From the IMG/VR virus record IMGVR_UViG_3300027793_000052, positions 253,984 to 317,983 of that record: a stretch of DNA of 64,000 nt; one strand, written 5' to 3'. Made by a program: the position numbers and the translations under genes. The notes beneath the pieces were generated by a model. The model saw nothing but the letters and a program-made list of their open reading frames with translations, was not told the DNA's origin and made no database searches. Below, piece by piece: positions 57,824-64,000 of the stretch; the first letter of the stretch is position 1; every line of letters begins with the position of its first letter.

Positions 57824-58288
57824 ATGAAAGGGAAAACACAGGCCATAGATTTTATAGAATACATTTCAAAACCTATGAATAAAGAAGATATTTCTTTAAT
57901 GTATAAGATTAATAATATAACCCCTGAGAGAACAGGTTTATATTTAGATTTTACACAAACAATATATCAAACCATAATTTCAACCTATTTGGGCGATGAA
58001 GTGATGGACAATAAATCAATTAAAGAACATTTTGATTGGTGTTGGAACAAAACCGTAAATTCGTTTAAAAAAGAAGAAATATTTTTCGATAGTAATGAAT
58101 TATACAATTATTTTTATACCTTATTTTTAGAATCTTTTTATTCAGAAAATGATAAATCAGATTTAAATGTAAATAAATTGTTAGAGTTTTGGTTAGATAT
58201 ATTTAACTTTTCAAAAACCAAAACACGTTCAGAGCTAGAGGCTTTCATAGATTTATATAAACTTTTTGATAAATCTTTACTTAATTAG
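57824..58288 (+). CDS. Hypothetical protein
   Basis: TYLGD, HFDWCWNK. Confidence 0.6.
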   Translation: MKGKTQAIDFIEYISKPMNKEDISLMYKINNITPERTGLYLDFTQTIYQTIISTYLGDEVMDNKSIKEHFDWCWNKTVNSFKKEEIFFDSNELYNYFYTLFLESFYSENDKSDLNVNKLLEFWLDIFNFSKTKTRSELEAFIDLYKLFDKSLLN

Positions 58289-58338
58289 TATTTAGTTTTT
58301 AATTAAAACACTTAAAATTTAATAAAAAATAATGTTTC

Positions 58339-58566
58339 ATGGATAAAAGAGTTACTGATGTTATATCCAATAAATACATCACCAAAAAAATAGAGATTGA
58401 ACTTGAGTTGGAAAAATTGATTAACAACTCTTACAATATTTCCATAGAAGAATCCGTGGAAAGAATAATAAATAACGTATCAAAGTTAAGGTCTACTGTA
58501 AATGACATCCAAATGTGGGAAACTATAGTACAACAATTGTTACCACAAAATCCTGAAAAGGAATAA
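58339..58566 (+). CDS. Hypothetical protein
   Basis: 75 aa, helical. Confidence 0.55.
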   Translation: MDKRVTDVISNKYITKKIEIELELEKLINNSYNISIEESVERIINNVSKLRSTVNDIQMWETIVQQLLPQNPEKE

Positions 58567-58592
58567 TAATAAATAAAATAAATAAAAAACAA

Positions 58593-58781
58593 ATGAAAAC
58601 AACTAGTTTAGAAACAATGAAAGCTTTGGTTTCAGAATTTGAAACTGATTACACAAAATTTGCTGAAAAAGGAAACAAAGCTGCTGGCACACGTGCTAGA
58701 AAAGCTCTACAAGAAATCAGAAATCTTGCCAAAGATATTCGTTCTGAAATCAGTGGGGCCAAAAAAGAAAAAGCTGCTTAA
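58593..58781 (+). CDS. Histone H1-like protein, Hc1 family
   Basis: KFAEKGNKAAGTRARKALQEI...KDIR. Confidence 0.85.
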   Translation: MKTTSLETMKALVSEFETDYTKFAEKGNKAAGTRARKALQEIRNLAKDIRSEISGAKKEKAA

Positions 58782-58782
58782 T

Positions 58783-58989
58783 ATGATAACTTCTCTCATA
58801 AATAAAGTTTTATTTATTCTTTTTTTTCTTTCACTATTAAATGTCATTAGACATGGGTGGAAGATTTTTATGCAACTGAGAGATACGGATTTACCTAATA
58901 AATATGAGCTCACCAAAAGTGAGCTTATATTTTTAGGATTATCTGTTGCTTATTTATTAACAACAATTTTTACAACAATAGAAATATGA
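58783..58989 (+). CDS. Small membrane protein
   Basis: MITSLINK start; two hydrophobic helices (ORF track start 58639 overlaps Hc1). Confidence 0.6.
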   Translation: MITSLINKVLFILFFLSLLNVIRHGWKIFMQLRDTDLPNKYELTKSELIFLGLSVAYLLTTIFTTIEI

Positions 58990-59201
58990 AAGTAGGGGAT
59001 AAAGTTTTATACGACAGACAAGTTGCCACGGTAGTTAACAAAGTCAACCCAAGATGTCGTTGTAAAGGTAAAGGTTACTATGAATTAAATTTTGAAGGTT
59101 ATCCTGAAAATCATACGATTAGGATTCCTTTAGATACGATTTTAGAACCATATAAACCTTTAACAATGGCAAATCAAAAATTAGAAGTACATAAATTTTA
59201 A
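58986..59201 (+). CDS. Small SH3-like hypothetical protein
   Basis: MKVGDKV, CRC; ends EVHKF. Confidence 0.55.
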   Translation: MKVGDKVLYDRQVATVVNKVNPRCRCKGKGYYELNFEGYPENHTIRIPLDTILEPYKPLTMANQKLEVHKF

Positions 59202-59202
59202 C

Positions 59203-59643
59203 ATGATACAAGAACGTTTTAACGAATTACAACCTTATTTAAGAGGTATAAAAATAGCTGATAAATACTCAATTGTCGAATGTATTATTAAAAATACATG
59301 GAAGGTTGATGGCATAATACCTGAAGGCATACAATACAAATCTTCTGGTAAAGAACCTGAAGAACATAAAGGTTATGTTGGATATATGTTTTGGTCTGAA
59401 AATACAATTGATAGTTTAATCGACAGTTTAGAAAATATCATCAACGTAAATATTGAAATAGAACAAAAACAGGCTCTCTTAAAAAGTAAAGTAGAAGAAT
59501 TAAAAAGAATGTTTGAAAACAAACCTTTAGATGAGTTAAAAAATTTAAAATTTAGTTCCGATGTTGATGTTACTTTAAATGTCAAACCACAACATAAAAA
59601 AGAAGAAAACATTAAAACAGATGGCGTTACCGAAAAAGTTTAA
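59203..59643 (+). CDS. Hypothetical protein
   Basis: NIEIEQKQALLKSKVEELKRMF...LDELKNL. Confidence 0.6.
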   Translation: MIQERFNELQPYLRGIKIADKYSIVECIIKNTWKVDGIIPEGIQYKSSGKEPEEHKGYVGYMFWSENTIDSLIDSLENIINVNIEIEQKQALLKSKVEELKRMFENKPLDELKNLKFSSDVDVTLNVKPQHKKEENIKTDGVTEKV

Positions 59644-59956
59644 CGAAACTATAAACCTTAAAAATAGAATTGGGTCTTTAAATGATTTAATATTTTATAC
59701 AGTAAAATATGATTATGTATTGACAGGTAAAAAGGTTGAAGAATTTGATACCGATACAGAAGTTACTGGAATCAAAGAATTTAGTGCTTTGGACGATGAA
59801 CAAGCCAATGCCAAAATCCAAAACTGGTTTAATGTTTTAATTAAAAATGGTGTATTGGAATCCTATGACATAAAATCAACCGAAGTCAGAAGTTTATATG
59901 AAACTTTAGAAGACAAGAAAATATTAGATGTACTAACACACAACAACCCTCAATAA
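59621..59956 (+). CDS. Hypothetical protein
   Basis: MALPKKF start; ends at terminator. Confidence 0.55.
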   Translation: MALPKKFNETINLKNRIGSLNDLIFYTVKYDYVLTGKKVEEFDTDTEVTGIKEFSALDDEQANAKIQNWFNVLIKNGVLESYDIKSTEVRSLYETLEDKKILDVLTHNNPQ

Positions 59957-59967
59957 GAGGGTTTTTT
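59945..59967 (+). terminator. Terminator between convergent genes
   Basis: AACCCTC-aataa-GAGGGTT plus T run. Confidence 0.7.
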
Positions 59968-60508
59968 ATTTCTCCACAAATTCATCCCATTGGTCCGATT
60001 TAATTTCATTAAGGTAAAAACTATCAATGCGACCCGTGTCTTTAAGTTTTTTACCCCAATCTTTAAAACTTGAAAAATGTTCTAAACGATCATCCCACAA
60101 TTCAACCTCCCGAATATTAGGGAATTTATCCAATAAATCATTTAAATGGTTTATTTTTTCGTTTAAAGTATTACCACCACGATTAAATAAATAATAATCA
60201 AAACTAAACCCTAAATCATTTAATATTGTTTTAACCAAGTTAGATATTTTATTAACCCTACCAGTTAACATAACAACTAAATTAGATGGATCAGATTTAA
60301 CGGTGTCATAATCTTTTTTAACCTCAGGTATTGGGTTCATATCCCAAACCTTTCTATCTAAACTTTCTTCACGTCCCCACCACCCAATGTATGGCCAAGG
60401 TTTACCATAATGTTTAGACCATTTTTCTTTATTTTCTGGTGACGCAATTGCTGTATTTACAAGTGTTCCATCGAAATCAAACACGCAAAGCTTTCTTTTT
60501 TCTATCAT
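59966..60508 (-). CDS. HAD-superfamily phosphatase (Swiss-army-knife RNA-repair-like HAD)
   Basis: VFDFDGTL, WW, MLTGR, K, WDDR..H. Confidence 0.8.
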   Translation of the reverse strand: MIEKRKLCVFDFDGTLVNTAIASPENKEKWSKHYGKPWPYIGWWGREESLDRKVWDMNPIPEVKKDYDTVKSDPSNLVVMLTGRVNKISNLVKTILNDLGFSFDYYLFNRGGNTLNEKINHLNDLLDKFPNIREVELWDDRLEHFSSFKDWGKKLKDTGRIDSFYLNEIKSDQWDEFVEK

Positions 60509-60556
60509 TTCATTAATATTTAATACAAATATAAATATAGTTAAAAAATTGTTAAT

Positions 60557-60913
60557 ATGAAATTATTGTTATTTTTATTTATTGCTTACGGAATCTGTAA
60601 CATTTTGATTTTTGGTTCTATATTCAGATGGTGGAGAGATTTGTGGAACTCGATTAGTCCTGATTTTTTTGGGTCTTTATTTACTTGTTTCATTTGTTTA
60701 CCAACTTGGGTTGGGTTTATGGGTTCATATCTTATTTGGTCACCATCAATAGATTATGGTGTTGTTACCCAAGGTGTTTCATTCTTTGGTTTATTTCAGT
60801 TCCCCAAAGAACTTGTGGCAACATTCTTAGACGGTTGCTTAACCTCTGGTGCTGTTTGGTTTATGCATACAACACAAGAGGCTATAGAAAGACATTTTAA
60901 TGTGGAGAAGTAA
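60557..60913 (+). CDS. Membrane protein with CxxC (DUF1360-like)
   Basis: IFRWWR...LFTCFICLPTWVG. Confidence 0.6.
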   Translation: MKLLLFLFIAYGICNILIFGSIFRWWRDLWNSISPDFFGSLFTCFICLPTWVGFMGSYLIWSPSIDYGVVTQGVSFFGLFQFPKELVATFLDGCLTSGAVWFMHTTQEAIERHFNVEK

Positions 60914-60945
60914 TGTAGATAAATTTTTTGTATATTTATCTTTGT

Positions 60946-61374
60946 ATGGAAAAAAGAAAAAAATCAGTGGGTATATTAATATTAGCCAAAAAAACTAATA
61001 GATTTTTACTATTACATCGTGTTAACAAACCTGTAGCTTGGTCTACATTAGCTGGTAAAATGGAAGAAGGTGAAACACCAAAAGAAACCATTAAGAGGGA
61101 AATCTTAGAGGAGATTGGTATAAACTCCAATATTTTAAATGGTATAGAAGAAGTTGGTATGGTTGGTTCACACCATGTTATGGTTGGTATAACAGATAAA
61201 GAATTTGAAATACCAAACTTAAAATTAGACGAAAATGATGATTATGGTTGGTTTACTGAGAAAACATTACCTTCACCAATGCACCCTAAATGGGAAGATA
61301 GTTTTAATTTAATAAAACCATTAATTAATCTAAGAGAAGTTTTTGTTAAGAATTTTAAAAATTTAATAAAATGA
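60946..61374 (+). CDS. Nudix hydrolase
   Basis: Nudix box GKMEEGETPKETIKREILEEIG. Confidence 0.9.
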   Translation: MEKRKKSVGILILAKKTNRFLLLHRVNKPVAWSTLAGKMEEGETPKETIKREILEEIGINSNILNGIEEVGMVGSHHVMVGITDKEFEIPNLKLDENDDYGWFTEKTLPSPMHPKWEDSFNLIKPLINLREVFVKNFKNLIK

Positions 61375-61559
61375 GTAGAGATTTGGTTAAAAATGAAGAA
61401 CGTAAAATGTTACAAGACATTGTCGCCACTCAAATAAAAAAAGAAAATTTTATTAGAGAGATTGTTGGTGGGTTAGGTGATGAAATAATAGCCGAACCAA
61501 GTAAACCACAAAAAAAATTAAGTTTTTGGGGTAAATTAAGAAGAATGTTTTTAAAATGA
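61371..61559 (+). CDS. Small hypothetical protein
   Basis: 62 aa, amphipathic C-terminus FWGKLRRMF. Confidence 0.55.
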   Translation: MSRDLVKNEERKMLQDIVATQIKKENFIREIVGGLGDEIIAEPSKPQKKLSFWGKLRRMFLK

Positions 61560-61807
61560 AAAACGCAGTACTATTTAAAACCAACTCCTTAAAAGAGTTT
61601 GTTGATTTTGCCACATCTTTAAAAGAAATGGAAGAAGTTAAAGCCGGTAAATTTCCTTTACCTTTCGGTATTACTTACAAATTAGATAGTATTAATCATG
61701 ATAATTTACAAAAAGAAATTTTAAAACAAAAAAAGTTACCCACAGATGTACTATATGATGAATTTGAGTTAGAATTGTACGGTATAACTTTTAAATTTAT
61801 AAAATAA
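61556..61807 (+). CDS. Small hypothetical protein
   Basis: 83 aa, coupled to neighbours. Confidence 0.55.
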   Translation: MKNAVLFKTNSLKEFVDFATSLKEMEEVKAGKFPLPFGITYKLDSINHDNLQKEILKQKKLPTDVLYDEFELELYGITFKFIK

Positions 61808-62409
61808 TGGGTAACTTAATTAATTTACCACCACATCTAGATGATACAAAAATTTTTATAGGCCTCGATGAGGCTGGTAGAGGTTCTTTAGCAGGTCCAG
61901 TTGTTGTAGCAGGAGTCATATTACCAAAAGACTTTCAATCAGATATTGTCAAAGACTCTAAAAAATTATCAGAAAAAAAAAGAAAAGAGGCATTCGAGTT
62001 GATTAAACGAGAGGCAATATCTTGGTCAGTATCTTTTATAGGTCCTGAAGATATCGACGATTTAAACATACTTCAGGCAACAATGAAGGGTATGCATCAG
62101 TGTCTCACAGAACTAGAAGGTGAATATAACCATATATTAGTTGACGGTAATTATTTTAAACCATTTAAAGAGGTGGAACATGATTGTATCATCAAAGGTG
62201 ATAACACCTATTACTCAATAGCGGCAGCTTCAATTTTAGCTAAAGTATCTAGGGATGAGTATATGAAAAAACTACACCTTAGTCACCCACAATATGATTG
62301 GTGTGGTAATAAAGGTTACGGTTCATCGGCCCATATTCAAAAAATAAAAGATATTGGATATACTGAACATCATCGTAAATCATTTTTAAAAAATATCATT
62401 CAGACCTAA
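61807..62409 (+). CDS. rnhB: Ribonuclease HII
   Basis: GLDEAGRGSLAGPV, DSKKL, VDGN, KGD...SIAAASILAKV.RD, NKGYG, HRKSF. Confidence 0.95.
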   Translation: MGNLINLPPHLDDTKIFIGLDEAGRGSLAGPVVVAGVILPKDFQSDIVKDSKKLSEKKRKEAFELIKREAISWSVSFIGPEDIDDLNILQATMKGMHQCLTELEGEYNHILVDGNYFKPFKEVEHDCIIKGDNTYYSIAAASILAKVSRDEYMKKLHLSHPQYDWCGNKGYGSSAHIQKIKDIGYTEHHRKSFLKNIIQT

Positions 62410-62433
62410 TTTTATTTTCATTATTGTTAGGTT

Positions 62434-62913
62434 ATGGAAATACCTAAACATTTACTACAGTCTTTTATTGAAAGTGTTAAAAATATAATACTTTCATATA
62501 ATAGAAAATACGTTAAAGAAAAATTAACAAAAAAACCTAAAGAAGAAATAGAACAAATTGTTAGATCTTTATATAGTGAAGAAAAAAAGATTGAGTGGTT
62601 AAATAATAGTGTTGATGTTAAAAATAAATTAAATTTAACTGATAAACCTTGGGTCCATCATTATAGTTTAAACATGTCTTGGATTTTGTTTTACAAATCC
62701 TTGTATGAGATGGTTTTTAATAAAAACATAAATCAACCATCAAAGGAGTTAGAAAATTTTATACAAGAAGGTCATGAAACATACCACAAAGTATACAAAC
62801 TATATGTTATACTTAACACAGTTGACGGTATTATGGAGTCTGACGATACAATCTATTTGGTTAAAACAGATATATCTTTTATTAGACCAAACATCAAAAA
62901 GATATTTATATAA
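62434..62913 (+). CDS. Hypothetical protein
   Basis: 159-aa ORF. Confidence 0.5.
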   Translation: MEIPKHLLQSFIESVKNIILSYNRKYVKEKLTKKPKEEIEQIVRSLYSEEKKIEWLNNSVDVKNKLNLTDKPWVHHYSLNMSWILFYKSLYEMVFNKNINQPSKELENFIQEGHETYHKVYKLYVILNTVDGIMESDDTIYLVKTDISFIRPNIKKIFI

Positions 62914-62914
62914 T

Positions 62915-63118
62915 ATGGATAATTTAATTACTTATCTTAACTTGATGAAATCTAAATTGGAACCTTTTGAGAATACGGTAAACACTGATATCGTTATGGA
63001 AGAATTAACCAACATAGCAACTAATAATTGGGTTAAAAATGGTGTACCTAATTTATCAAAAGAACAATTTGATATTGTGTTAAGACGTTCTCTAGCTAGA
63101 ACTATTATCTTGAATTAG
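62915..63118 (+). CDS. Small hypothetical protein
   Basis: MDNLITY start after TATTTATA at 62903; NGVPNLSKEQF. Confidence 0.55.
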   Translation: MDNLITYLNLMKSKLEPFENTVNTDIVMEELTNIATNNWVKNGVPNLSKEQFDIVLRRSLARTIILN

Positions 63119-63746
63119 AACGGTACAATCTATTATAACCAATACCAGTTCTATCGTGGATTTTTTTATACCACACTTTTCTGTTTTCTTTTGGTACTGA
63201 ACCGAAAAATATAATATCACCTATTTTGTTATCAAAACAATAAGTTCTAATTTTATTATATAATCTTATAGTTTCATCAATATTTTTACATGTAACCATA
63301 TATAAATCTAAACCTTCAATTACAATTTTATTGTTTAACATTAATACCTGTTTAGGTGCTTTTTTTTGTTTGTTTGAAATAACAACATGCTCAATAATTT
63401 CTTTTGCTGTTAATTTACGATTAGCATCACTAACATTAAAACTTTCTTCAATATGGAAATATGAAGTATCCATTATAACCCAATCCTCATCATCAACAGT
63501 TTCTTCAACAAATTTACCCAATTCGTTTTTAATAACTCTATTAACATCACCTTCTTCTCTTTTCTTTAATAAAAGTATTTCATAAACAACATCAACTAAT
63601 TTTTTATTTTTATAAACCTTTATTTTAGGAAAAATTACCTCTTGAGATTTAAGTTTTTCAAACCTATAATTAGCATCGTGTTCCCTACTATATGAATGGA
63701 GAACTTTGATTTTTTTCTTATTTTCAACTAGAACAATTTGATACAT
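63105..63746 (-). CDS. Hypothetical protein
   Basis: 213 aa on minus strand, preceded by TATTTATA on its own strand (63753-63760). Confidence 0.65.
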   Translation of the reverse strand: MYQIVLVENKKKIKVLHSYSREHDANYRFEKLKSQEVIFPKIKVYKNKKLVDVVYEILLLKKREEGDVNRVIKNELGKFVEETVDDEDWVIMDTSYFHIEESFNVSDANRKLTAKEIIEHVVISNKQKKAPKQVLMLNNKIVIEGLDLYMVTCKNIDETIRLYNKIRTYCFDNKIGDIIFFGSVPKENRKVWYKKIHDRTGIGYNRLYRSNSR

Positions 63747-63777
63747 ATATTATATAAATATATTCCACACAATTAAA

Positions 63778-64000
63778 ATGAATAAATATTACGAAATATT
63801 AGGCATTAAACCCGGAGCCTCTAAAGAAGAAATTAAAAAGGCGTGGAAAAAGAAGAGTTTGGAGTATCATCCTGATAGAAACCCATCCGAAGATGCCACA
63901 ACCAAGATACAAGAAATAAATGAAGCCTATGAAATTTTAATAGGTAAAAAACAACCACCAAGAGAAGAAATACCTAATAAAGGTGGTTTTGGTGGTAACC
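63778..64000 (+). CDS. DnaJ-family co-chaperone (partial; runs off the window)
   Basis: Not in the ORF track. MNKYYEILG...[20 protein letters not shown]...[10 protein letters not shown] then GGFGG: J-domain with HPD and start of a G/F-rich region. Confidence 0.9.
   Translation, partial: MNKYYEILGIKPGASKEEIKKAWKKKSLEYHPDRNPSEDATTKIQEINEAYEILIGKKQPPREEIPNKGGFGGN

Noticed and set aside
1-64000. Stop-codon reassignment as in some large phages
   Set aside because: Genes are full length and tightly packed under the standard code; TAG serves as a real stop (e.g. 4718, 31141).
1-64000. CRISPR array, tRNA genes or diversity-generating retroelement
   Set aside because: No spaced direct repeats, cloverleaf-like segments or reverse transcriptase seen by eye, and intergenic gaps are short. 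tRNAscan-SE and a self dot-plot would be needed to exclude them formally.

Overview
AT-rich, gene-dense segment, almost all on the + strand, of a large T4-like tailed (jumbo myo)phage. The host is most likely a Bacteroidota bacterium, judged from a short RpoD-type sigma factor lacking region 1.1, an Hc1 histone-like protein, SprB-type repeats, a DUF6576-like motif, TAnnTTTG-like promoter elements and A-rich leaders without Shine-Dalgarno sequences. Order of modules: (1) lysozyme and head-associated genes; (2) replication/recombination genes (gp32-like SSB, RecA/UvsX, 5'-3' exonuclease, DnaB-like helicase, class II ribonucleotide reductase with a 366-aa LAGLIDADG intein, two free-standing homing endonucleases); (3) a ~23 kb baseplate/tail module (gp25- and gp6-like wedge proteins, then SprB-repeat and Cys-rich proteins); (4) RuvC, primase, exonuclease, thioredoxin; (5) an unusual locus with a 19-codon Dam-type methyltransferase remnant, a restriction-endonuclease-like gene, two DUF4338/DruA-like paralogues and a stand-alone terminase-like ATPase, which is the best candidate for an undescribed DNA modification/restriction system; (6) SbcD/SbcC, sigma factor, lysis and putative head-internal proteins; (7) host-like accessory genes (Hc1, HAD, Nudix, RNase HII, DnaJ). 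Two recurrent promoter-like motifs (TTTACA-N17-TATWWT and TATTTATA) and seven intrinsic terminators are visible. I saw no tRNA, rRNA or CRISPR array. All family assignments come from motif recognition by eye, not database searches.
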